Origin: Caldilineales bacterium
GTDB lineage: Bacteria; Chloroflexota; Anaerolineae; J102
Length of the DNA: 42,155 nt
Direction: 5' to 3'
Assembly: GCA_026417535.1 (NCBI GenBank)
Contig: JAOADB010000005.1
Span: forward strand, 1-42,155
Of the stretch, positions 1 to 10,510 are shown piece after piece. Both the position numbers and the translations under genes were made by a program. Position 1 is the stretch's first letter. Each line of letters opens with the position of its first letter. The notes beneath the pieces are model-generated. The model searched no databases. It was not told where the DNA came from and saw nothing but the letters and a program-made list of their open reading frames with translations.

Positions 1-20
1 CCGCTAGCTGAGGGTTAGAT

Positions 21-47
21 GTAGCGCAAGATGCCATCTTGCGCTAC
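21..47. repeat. Perfect hairpin/palindrome (13-bp arms, 1-nt centre) heading copy A of a two-copy intergenic module
   Basis: 21-33 GTAGCGCAAGATG is the exact reverse complement of 35-47 CATCTTGCGCTAC. It is followed directly by GTCTTTCGTCC, as in copy B (6295-6337). Confidence 0.85.
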
Positions 48-84
48 GTCTTTCGTCCGAGCGACCGATGGCGGGAAGGGAAGA
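48..84 (+). repeat. Copy A of dispersed intergenic module (GTCTTKCGTCC ... CCGATGGCGRGAAGGGAAGA)
   Basis: 65-84 CCGATGGCGGGAAGGGAAGA matches 6354-6373 CCGATGGCGAGAAGGGAAGA at 19/20. 48-58 GTCTTTCGTCC matches 6327-6337 GTCTTGCGTCC at 10/11. Order and position relative to a hairpin are the same. Confidence 0.8.
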
Positions 85-269
85 CCCAGCCGGGCGTAAG
101 GCTGTGGGCTGAGTCGTTGCGATTCGGGTCTCCGAGCGGGCCGACAAGGTGACTGTCATGGCCGTTTCCTTGTCGCCATGACCGAACTCGGCCGGATCGC
201 CGAGTTCCTCAAGCCCCTCCCAGTCTCCCACGCCTCCCCTGGTGGCTTGTGTTACGGCGCCATCGGCCG

Positions 270-560
270 CTAGCGAGCAAGGACGAAATTGAGCACCAGC
301 AACAACACCAGCATGGCCCCGGCCACGATGAACATGTTGCGCAGGTCCCGGATGACGTAACGGTACTCGGAGGCAAAATCCACCGCCCCACCAACAGCAC
401 CGCTAGCCGCAACCTGCGACTTGCGAAGACCGGTCTGCAAGCGGTCTTCGTCCCCGGCCGTGGCTTCGGGCGCTGTCGGTTGGATGGGGCCTGTGTACGG
501 CGGTACATTGGGCCGACGTTGGCGGCGTCGTTTACGAGGAGCAGGGGTCGGTTTGGCCAT
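270..560 (-). CDS. Hypothetical small tail-anchored membrane protein (96 aa)
   Basis: These are the last 96 codons of ORF 270..3149, starting at ATG 558-560. It has a basic N-terminus (KRRRQRR), a Pro-rich middle and one C-terminal hydrophobic helix (MFIVAGAMLVLLLVLNFVL). Codons are GC3-rich and a sigma70-like promoter lies about 50 nt upstream. I recognise no family. Confidence 0.5.
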   Translation of the reverse strand: MAKPTPAPRKRRRQRRPNVPPYTGPIQPTAPEATAGDEDRLQTGLRKSQVAASGAVGGAVDFASEYRYVIRDLRNMFIVAGAMLVLLLVLNFVLAR

Positions 561-612
561 AGTTCGAGCAAGGGAAAAGGAATGAACGGCAGAAAGAAAC
601 GCAGATAGGGAC

Positions 613-641
613 ATGATAGCACGGCATCCGTAGGGTCTCAA
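613..641 (-). promoter_or_regulatory. Sigma70-like promoter for the 270..560 gene
   Basis: On the minus strand: TTGAGA (636-641), exact 17-nt spacer, TATCAT (613-618). Confidence 0.45.
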
Positions 642-664
642 AGACTCGCAGGATGGAAAGGTTT

Positions 665-703
665 CGTCGTTCGTCCTCCGTCCTCCGTCTCGAGACGGAG
701 GAC
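665..703. repeat. GACG-rich REP-like element: 24-nt perfect palindrome overlapping a copy of the GGACGGA..CGAACGACG motif
   Basis: 680-703 GTCCTCCGTCTCGAGACGGAGGAC is its own reverse complement. The minus strand of 665-683 reads GGACGGAGGACGAACGACG, 16/19 identical to 22602-22620. It sits between two divergent promoters. Confidence 0.85.
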
Positions 704-749
704 CGGGATGAAAAACAACGGAGGGCGGGGACTTTCCCCAACGAATCAG

Positions 750-778
750 TTGCCTCCACTCACGGCGCAGGCTACAAT
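750..778 (+). promoter_or_regulatory. Sigma70-like promoter for pcm
   Basis: TTGCCT (750-755), 17-nt spacer, TACAAT (773-778), 35 nt upstream of ATG 813. Confidence 0.55.
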
Positions 779-812
779 GGGACTGATCGCCCGTTTCGTC
801 AGGAGTTTCGCC

Positions 813-1604
813 ATGAACCCCCGGCTTTTCGTGCTCATGTTCGGCCTGTTCATCCTGGCCATGGGCGGGGCCTGCGCCGCGCCACCGACGCCGGATACCG
901 CTCCTGGGCCGACAACGGCCGTCGTTACGGCGGCTCTGACCCCAACCCCCGACCCTTATCTGAACGCGCGCTTGCGCATGGTCGAAGAGACCATGCGCCG
1001 CCGTGGGCTCAAGGACGAGCGTGTGCTCAAAGTCATGGAAAAAGTTCCCCGGCATGAGTTCGTCCTGCCCCAATACCTGCCCGAAGCCTACGCCGACCAT
1101 CCCCTGCCCATCGGCTACGGCCAGACCATTTCCCAGCCCTACATCGTCGCCCTCATGACCGAGCTGTTGCAGCTCGAACCCCACGACAAAGTCCTCGAAA
1201 TCGGCACAGGGTCGGGCTATCAGGCCGCCGTGCTGGCTGAGCTCGTGGACGAGGTCTGGACCATCGAGATCATCCCGGAGCTGGCGCAATCCGCAGCGGA
1301 ACGCCTGCAACGGCTCGGTTACACGAACGTCCACATCCGCACGGCCGATGGCTACTACGGCTGGCCGGAAGAACAGCCCTTCGACGCCATCATCGTCACC
1401 GCCGCGCCCGACCATATCCCCCAACCCCTGTTGGCCCAGCTGGCCGACGGCGGCGTCATGGTCGTCCCGGTAGGGCCGCCGGGTGGGTATCAGACCCTGT
1501 GGCAGCTCATCAAGACCGGTGACGAAGTCAAGGCCTTCAACATGGGCGGGGTGGCCTTTGTGCCCTTGGTCGGCGGCGGCCAGCGCGGCCGGGGAGGTCA
1601 ATAG
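813..1604 (+). CDS. pcm: Protein-L-isoaspartate O-methyltransferase with N-terminal signal/anchor-like segment
   Basis: PCMT core motifs are present: [40 protein letters not shown] (SAM motif I), FDAIIVTAA and [13 protein letters not shown] chose ATG 813 (AGGAG at 801-805, 7-nt spacer) rather than the ORF-track start 708. The N-terminus reads [21 protein letters not shown]. Confidence 0.9.
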   Translation: MNPRLFVLMFGLFILAMGGACAAPPTPDTAPGPTTAVVTAALTPTPDPYLNARLRMVEETMRRRGLKDERVLKVMEKVPRHEFVLPQYLPEAYADHPLPIGYGQTISQPYIVALMTELLQLEPHDKVLEIGTGSGYQAAVLAELVDEVWTIEIIPELAQSAAERLQRLGYTNVHIRTADGYYGWPEEQPFDAIIVTAAPDHIPQPLLAQLADGGVMVVPVGPPGGYQTLWQLIKTGDEVKAFNMGGVAFVPLVGGGQRGRGGQ

Positions 1605-4048
1605 CCGCGGCCGTAGCCGCGCACGAGGCCCAAGGCCACGCCATAGCAGGCCATTCCCGTTAGCAAAACGGCGGTGAAGCCCCATTCCAGGGCCAGCAGC
1701 GCTGCCAGGACCGAGCTCACCACCGAGGCCGAGCCGTTGATTGCCCAGGCCCAAGGCGCCAGGTGGGGCGCTGTGGCCTGGAGCCAACGCCACCCGCGCG
1801 GGAAGGGCATTCCCAGCAACAAGCCCAACGGCGCCAGCAGGAGCAAAGCCAGGAGCAATCGTCCGCCCAAGCCAACGTCCAGCAGGGCCGTCAACACGGG
1901 CTGGAGGCCAAAGGCATAGAGCGCCACCACGCCGATTAGGGCACTCAGCGCCGCCGACCAGGGTAGCCGCGGGGCCACCAGGCTCCCCAACCCCGACCAG
2001 AACAACACCCCGGCCAGGGTGATGGCGGCCGCCAGCGTGGGATGGCCCAGAAAGAGGATGAATCGCTGGATGAGGGGGATTTCGACGAGCAGGAAACCGA
2101 GTCCCAGGGCGGCAAAATAGAGGAAAACCACCCCACGCCGCAGTCGGGTGGATGTGGCCCCTGCCGGCGAGGCCGCCCGTGGCCGCAGGGTGACGGCTAG
2201 GGGCAGGAGGATGAACAGACCCGAAGCCAGCACGGCCAGGAGCAACAGCGCCACCAGCACGAGCATGCCGCTGCCGCCGAAAGGCTGCCAGGTCTGGCCT
2301 AGGGTGCGCAGGATGAGGGGTGTTTGCGCCCACTTGAAGAAGTGGAAGAAAAAGGGATGGTCGTCGGTGGGCGGCGTCACGGCAAAGGGCTGTTCGGCCA
2401 GATATCGTCGGAAATCGGCCGCGGCCAGCAACTCGGCATAGGTACGCTCGTAGAGGGCATCGGGCACAATGTGAAACCGGTTGATTTCGTCCGGTCGCAG
2501 GCCGGGCGCCAGAGCCAGGTCGAGCTGCAGCGCCGTCGCCTGTGCCCGCACCTGCGCCAGCTCGGCGGTCGTCCAGGGCGTCATCTTGACCAAAAACGTG
2601 ACGATCTGCAGCCCGCGCAGGGCCACGATGTGCCGGGCGGGGTCGGCCATGCCGTGATGACGCAGCCCGGCCACCAGCAGTCCCAACGCGCGCAGGTCCT
2701 CGCTGGGCGGCATCTGCAGCCAACGGCTGAGCACGAGGATGCCGTCCGGCGCCAAATGGTCGAGATAGGCAACCACGGCCTCGGTGGTCAGTGTGTAATC
2801 CTCGACCAGGCTGAAAGCGCCGGAAGTCACCGGCCGAAACGGACGGGCCAGGGCAAGATGGACGACGGCATAGCGCCTGCGGTCGGCGGCCAGAAAGCTG
2901 CGGAGGGTCTGGACAACGGCGGTGACGGCCGGGTGCCGATAGGGGGAAGCCTCGGCCAGGAGCGCGTCCACTGCGGCCACGGCTTCGGCCTCGGCTTCCA
3001 CGGCGACCACAGGCCGGGCCGGAGCCCCCACCTGACCGCCCAATGCCTGCCAGATGGCCAATCCTCCCCGCGGCCCCAGGACGAGGGCCGGCCCCGGCGG
3101 CGCCAACGCATAGGCCGGCGCTTCGGGCAAATAGGCCAGAAAGGCCCAATCCAGGGGTTGGCGGGTATCGAGAACGGGGCTGAAGTCATCGCCGTTGCTC
3201 AAGAGAGCGTATTGCGGCGGCAGAGGCCCCTGGTAGCGCAAGCTCAGGCCCGGCAACGAGCGAATGCTCGGGCCGGCCACGACATCCATCCGGGTGGCCA
3301 TGCCGTCGCGGCCGATCACCGGCCGCGTGTCGGGGATGAGGAGGAGCTGCGAGAGGGTCTTATAGGGCGACAGGCGCGGTTGGGCGATGGCCGGCGGTTG
3401 CCATACCGCCAGGCCGATCAGGGCCAAGATCAGCCCGTAAACCGGTGTCCACTTCCACCACCGAGGCGTTTGCCTCTCGCTCAGGCGGGCTGCCAGGGCA
3501 GCCAGCACCCCGATCCCCGCCAGGGCGAAGACGAGACCGGCCAAACCCAGATGGGGGAACAGCCAGGCCGCAGCCAGCGCGCCCAAGGCCGAACCCAACA
3601 AATTGGCGCCGTAAAGCCGATGGGAACCGGCCGGGCTAACGGCCAAGGCCAGGCCGATGGCCAACCCCACGCCGAAAAAGGGTAAGGCCAGGGCGAGGTA
3701 ATACACCGCCAGCAACACGATCTGCCGTCGGTCCCAGGCGATGGCGTAGGAGTCGAAGGGCAGCCAATTGACCAGCAAATACCCGGCCAAGAGGGTGCCG
3801 GCAAAGCCTAGGCCCGACACCTCTAGCCGACGGGTCGTAGCGGCCATCGGTGCTGCGGGGTCGGCCCAACCCGGTTTCAGGCTGAGCAGGGTGCCGCCAG
3901 CGCCGAAGCCCAGCAGGGCCACGTTGACGGCCAGAAAAGCGAAATGGTAGAACTGAGTGAGGGCAAAAAGTCGCGTCAGCGCCACCTCCCAGGCCAGGCC
4001 AGCCATGGCCAAGAGAAAGACGGGCAAGGCCAAACGCGTACCGTTCAT
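1598..4048 (-). CDS. Fused polytopic membrane / spermidine-synthase-like (class I MTase fold) protein, 816 aa
   Basis: Many hydrophobic helices at both ends flank a soluble Rossmann-like block (ALVLGPRGGLAIWQALGG, VVAVEAEAEAV, YAVVHLALARPF, LAPDGILVL). From memory this resembles proteins annotated as fused MFS/spermidine synthase. ATG at 4046-4048. Confidence 0.75.
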   Translation of the reverse strand: MNGTRLALPVFLLAMAGLAWEVALTRLFALTQFYHFAFLAVNVALLGFGAGGTLLSLKPGWADPAAPMAATTRRLEVSGLGFAGTLLAGYLLVNWLPFDSYAIAWDRRQIVLLAVYYLALALPFFGVGLAIGLALAVSPAGSHRLYGANLLGSALGALAAAWLFPHLGLAGLVFALAGIGVLAALAARLSERQTPRWWKWTPVYGLILALIGLAVWQPPAIAQPRLSPYKTLSQLLLIPDTRPVIGRDGMATRMDVVAGPSIRSLPGLSLRYQGPLPPQYALLSNGDDFSPVLDTRQPLDWAFLAYLPEAPAYALAPPGPALVLGPRGGLAIWQALGGQVGAPARPVVAVEAEAEAVAAVDALLAEASPYRHPAVTAVVQTLRSFLAADRRRYAVVHLALARPFRPVTSGAFSLVEDYTLTTEAVVAYLDHLAPDGILVLSRWLQMPPSEDLRALGLLVAGLRHHGMADPARHIVALRGLQIVTFLVKMTPWTTAELAQVRAQATALQLDLALAPGLRPDEINRFHIVPDALYERTYAELLAAADFRRYLAEQPFAVTPPTDDHPFFFHFFKWAQTPLILRTLGQTWQPFGGSGMLVLVALLLLAVLASGLFILLPLAVTLRPRAASPAGATSTRLRRGVVFLYFAALGLGFLLVEIPLIQRFILFLGHPTLAAAITLAGVLFWSGLGSLVAPRLPWSAALSALIGVVALYAFGLQPVLTALLDVGLGGRLLLALLLLAPLGLLLGMPFPRGWRWLQATAPHLAPWAWAINGSASVVSSVLAALLALEWGFTAVLLTGMACYGVALGLVRGYGRGY

Positions 4049-4297
4049 CGTCGTCCACCCGTTGGCAGTCTAACCCAGGCGGGAGGTGGTTGCCAATTTC
4101 GGGCAACTACTTGGATGCGGTGCAACTCTGGTAGACGCGACTTCAGTCTTCCGTGCTTCGTCTTGTTTGTTTGGCCGACGATGGGAAAAAATACCCATCC
4201 CAAAGATGAAAGCAACGAGCCGAGAAGTTACCCGTTTTTGGCTGCTATCTTTTTAGAAAATTGCAAAGTGATCGTTTTTGCCATTGGTAAAACAGTC

Positions 4298-4326
4298 TTG
4301 ACAAATCAAAACAATCCAACTAAACT
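4298..4326 (+). promoter_or_regulatory. Strong sigma70-like promoter upstream of the CBM/LysM gene
   Basis: Consensus TTGACA (4298-4303), 17-nt spacer, TAAACT (4321-4326), in an AT-rich tract. This implies a leader of about 210 nt before ATG 4547. Confidence 0.55.
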
Positions 4327-4546
4327 TGATGATTAGTATGCCCCTGTCCATTGTATGACAAGGTGCCTTTGTGTCTGGTCGTTTTTGACTTTCGTTTTTT
4401 CGACGACTACTCAGACCGATGACGATGATGGCTCAGGTTCCGGCAGGGTTCCATCGCAGGCAGATTCGACGATATCACTCACCGGCTCTTCGGCCGATGG
4501 CAGGAGCATCGGCAGGAGGGCAAATAGCTCAAACAGGAGGGGTCTC

Positions 4547-6268
4547 ATGACATCCCCACGACGCATGCTCACGGCGGCGCTGACTTTGGCCCTGATGGTC
4601 ATGCTGATCGCCGTGGCGCTTACTTCACGTGCCAGTAACAGCGCTACCGGCGAATTGCTGAGTAACGGCGGCTTTGAACAGGGGTTCACGAACATTGCCG
4701 GGTGTGGGCTGGTAGGCAACGGCTGGGGCTGTTTTACGTCGGGTGGAGCGGCGTTCTACGGCTTCTACGATGAAACCTGGACGCCGGTCGTGGCAGGCGG
4801 CCGTCATGCCCAACTCATCGAGATCAACACCCGCAAGGATGCCACTGGGCCCAACAGCACCGCCGGTATCTACCAGACCGTGGCAGTGGTGCCCGGTCAG
4901 GTCTACGAACTGTCCTTCCAGGCCCTGATGCGGGCCGATGACCTCGACCGCGGGGGCGATCCCTGGCGCTATGTCATGTTGGTCGGCTTCGACCACGGCG
5001 GCGGTCGGGACTGGACCCGCGCTCAATGGCAGGAGGTGGATGTCGGTCCGATTCAGGATCGCACGAATCCAAGCGGTTATCACCCCGTGCGGCTCACGGT
5101 CAGGCCCCAAGGTCACCTGCTGACGGTCTTCATCGCCGGCCGCATGAAGTGGGGCGACTGGAACCGGGAGGTGGATTTCGATGTGGATAACGTCTCGTTG
5201 CGCGGGCCGCTGCCTCCGCGACGGTTGCCTACGCCCACCCCACCGCCTGTCGTCAAACCGCCGTCACCGCCAGCGCCGCCACCCACGGTGCCAGCGCCAC
5301 CGCCGCCATCGGTCCTGGTCTGCGATGGCCCTAACCTGGTTACGAACGGCAACTTCGAGGGCGGTTTCGACCCGACGGGTGTGGCCCGGTTCTGGGCGCC
5401 CTTCAATAACGGCGGCGCCGCCACCTACGGCTATTACGACGATACCTGGCCGCCGGTCGTGGCCGAAGGTCGCCATGCCCAGTTGCTCGAGATCAACACC
5501 TACAGTCGCACGGCCACCCATCCCGACCGCTTCATCGGCATCTACCAGCGCATCAGGGGCTTGCGGCCGGGAGCGGTCTATCGCATCAGCTTCAAGGCGA
5601 TGATCCGCGAGGAAGCGGACCACAGCGACGAAGACGCCTATCGCTACGAGGTCTACTGGGGCTATCGCGCCGGCTCGACGCCCATCACCGATGTGGCCCA
5701 GCTTACTCTGCGCCAGGGCGTGCCCGTGTCCGGCATTGGTTTGCGCACGGCGCCGGGTAGCTACAGCGCCTACAGCGCCACCTTCACGGCCACGTCTTCC
5801 GAGATGGTGCTGTACCTGCTTGGTCTGAAGAAGTGGGCCACCCTGGAGCGCGAGGTGGACTTCGACTTCGACGACGTGCAATTGCGGCCCTGCCGCACCA
5901 CCGGCGTGGTGCCGCCGCCTCCGCCCCCGCCGTCGGTCTGCACTTACGTCGTCAAGCGAGGCGACACCCTGAGCGCCATTGCCCGTCGCTTCCGCACCAC
6001 CGTGGCCGACTTGGCCAAGGCCAATCGCATCGTCAATCCCAACCGCATCTTCCGCGGGCAGGTTCTCATCGTCCCCTGCGACCCGCCGGCCGTGACCGGT
6101 CAGGCCGATCCGCCGATCCATCAGGTGCATACGGTGCGTCGCGGGGAAACCCTCACCCAGATCGCCCGTCGCTATGGCACGACGGTGCAAACCCTGCGCC
6201 GGTTGAACGGGTTAGGCGCCGGCAGTCGCCTGCGTGCAGGACAGCAGATTCTCATTCCGGGCAGTTAG
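4547..6268 (+). CDS. Secreted/anchored protein with two tandem CBM_4_9-like modules, Pro-rich linkers and two C-terminal LysM domains
   Basis: ATG 4547 is preceded by AGGAGG (4535-4540). There is a signal/anchor segment MLTAALTLALMVMLIAVALTS. Two homologous modules run NGGFEQGF...GRHAQLIEINT...REVDFDVDNVSLR and NGNFEGGF...GRHAQLLEINT...REVDFDFDDVQLR. Two LysM motifs are present (YVVKRGDTLSAIARRF...GQVLIVP and HTVRRGETLTQIARRY...GQQILIPG). Confidence 0.85.
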   Translation: MTSPRRMLTAALTLALMVMLIAVALTSRASNSATGELLSNGGFEQGFTNIAGCGLVGNGWGCFTSGGAAFYGFYDETWTPVVAGGRHAQLIEINTRKDATGPNSTAGIYQTVAVVPGQVYELSFQALMRADDLDRGGDPWRYVMLVGFDHGGGRDWTRAQWQEVDVGPIQDRTNPSGYHPVRLTVRPQGHLLTVFIAGRMKWGDWNREVDFDVDNVSLRGPLPPRRLPTPTPPPVVKPPSPPAPPPTVPAPPPPSVLVCDGPNLVTNGNFEGGFDPTGVARFWAPFNNGGAATYGYYDDTWPPVVAEGRHAQLLEINTYSRTATHPDRFIGIYQRIRGLRPGAVYRISFKAMIREEADHSDEDAYRYEVYWGYRAGSTPITDVAQLTLRQGVPVSGIGLRTAPGSYSAYSATFTATSSEMVLYLLGLKKWATLEREVDFDFDDVQLRPCRTTGVVPPPPPPPSVCTYVVKRGDTLSAIARRFRTTVADLAKANRIVNPNRIFRGQVLIVPCDPPAVTGQADPPIHQVHTVRRGETLTQIARRYGTTVQTLRRLNGLGAGSRLRAGQQILIPGS

Positions 6269-6294
6269 GGCGTCGTCAGTCTGAGATGATGAAG

Positions 6295-6326
6295 GAAGGA
6301 CGGAGGACGAAACCCCTCCGTCCTTC
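6295..6326. repeat. GACG-rich hairpin (12-bp stem, 8-nt loop) between convergent genes; possible bidirectional terminator; heads copy B of the two-copy module
   Basis: 6295-6306 GAAGGACGGAGG is the reverse complement of 6315-6326 CCTCCGTCCTTC. It lies 27 nt after the stop at 6268. Confidence 0.8.
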
Positions 6327-6373
6327 GTCTTGCGTCCATCGTCCGGCGAGTGGCCGATGGCGAGAAGGGAAGA
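6327..6373 (+). repeat. Copy B of dispersed intergenic module
   Basis: GTCTTGCGTCC, then ATCGTCCG, then CCGATGGCGAGAAGGGAAGA (6354-6373), 19/20 identical to 65-84. Confidence 0.8.
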
Positions 6374-6410
6374 GGAAACGTAGGGCAGAGAGCTAAGTAG
6401 TTACCTTTCG

Positions 6411-7150
6411 TCATACCGGCCGGTCTCGCCCCGGGACGGGAGCCGAAGGCCGGAAGACGAAATCGGGCAGCGTGGCCGGTGCGGCAAAAAGGGGCAGCCA
6501 CCCGAAGCGCCGACGGGCGTAGTCGCCGTCAGGGTCAAGGGCAAAAAGGACGCGACGCGAAGGGTGCGGAACGTCTGCCTCGCCATGACGGGCGGCCAGC
6601 ATGAGCAGCAGGTGGTGCGCTTTCAGGCTGTTGGGCAGCCAGACGAGCACTTGGCGGGCCACCCGTTCGCTATACGCTTCCTCGCCCAGTTCCATCAGGA
6701 CTGTGGCCAGGCCGAGGAGGAGGTCCATGCGGCCGGGATGGTCGGCCATCGCCCGGACATACCGGTCACGCGCGGTGATGGGATCCCCGCGGCGTAGGGC
6801 GAGATGGGCTTGGGCAGGCAGGGTGGCTCCGGTCTCGTCGATCAGGTCGACGGCGTACTGGGCGGCCATCTCGGCCTCGGCTTTCAGGCCCAGGTCGGCG
6901 GCGGCGCGGGCATAACCGCCCCACAGGTCGGCGTTTTCGGGGTCGGCACTGAGACAGCGCTGATACAGGTCCACAGCGTCGGCCGTCAGCCCGGCCGCCA
7001 GCGCCGCCCCAGCGAGTCGGGCGTAGGTGGCTACGTGTTTGGGCCAGTAGCGCAACAGGTGCCGTCCTAAGGCAAAGGCGGCCTGATAGTCGCGTTCCTC
7101 GTCCACGAGGACGCGTAACCGGTCGCTCAGCACATGCAAAGGCACTTGGC

Positions 7151-7154
<4 letters not shown>
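6411..7154 (-). CDS. TPR-repeat-like protein (247 aa)
   Basis: Helical repeat signature with Ala/Leu/Tyr periodicity ([54 protein letters not shown]). Its ATG overlaps the carB stop as ATGA (7151-7154). Confidence 0.6.
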
Positions 7155-10417
<3,263 letters not shown>

Positions 10418-10463
10418 AGCGGTCGTTTCGTTGTGCGTCTCGTGAGCCAGGACGATGGACGAC

Positions 10464-10502
10464 GGACGAGAGACGGTGGAGATCGGCCACCGTCTCTCGT
10501 CC
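10464..10502. repeat. GACG-rich hairpin (16-bp perfect stem, 7-nt loop), 8 nt downstream of the 10511 stop; possible terminator / REP-like element
   Basis: 10464-10479 GGACGAGAGACGGTGG is the reverse complement of 10487-10502 CCACCGTCTCTCGTCC. Confidence 0.85.
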
Positions 10503-10510
10503 ATCGCCCA

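Noticed and set aside
561-3149. Upstream ~860 codons of the 959-aa ORF 270..3149
   Set aside because: The composition is Arg/Gly/Pro/Ala-rich and low in complexity, typical of a GC-rich shadow frame. It runs antisense or out of frame through pcm and the 1598..4048 membrane protein, both of which have clear family motifs. Only the last 96 codons look like a gene.
2324-3685. 453-aa plus-strand ORF (and neighbours 3636..4106, 3481..3804) overlapping the 1598..4048 gene
   Set aside because: These are shadow ORFs of a GC-rich gene, with Gly/Arg/Gln/His-rich translations and no recognisable motifs.
4355-4546. 64-codon N-terminal extension of the CBM/LysM ORF (track start 4355)
   Set aside because: Codons here are AT3-rich, unlike every confident gene. 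A strong AGGAGG sits 6 nt before ATG 4547, which is followed by a proper signal/anchor sequence.
4330-4546. Possible c-di-AMP (ydaO-type) or other riboswitch in front of a LysM protein
   Set aside because: I could not find the conserved ACCCGAA/GGGGA-type blocks or a pseudo-symmetric fold by eye. It is kept only as a 'long leader' finding.
10418-10510. Pyrimidine (PyrR-type) attenuator upstream of carB
   Set aside because: The hairpin loop and stem do not contain the UCCAGAGAGG-like PyrR box, and no U-tract follows. The hairpin belongs to the GACG-rich repeat family and directly follows the upstream stop codon.
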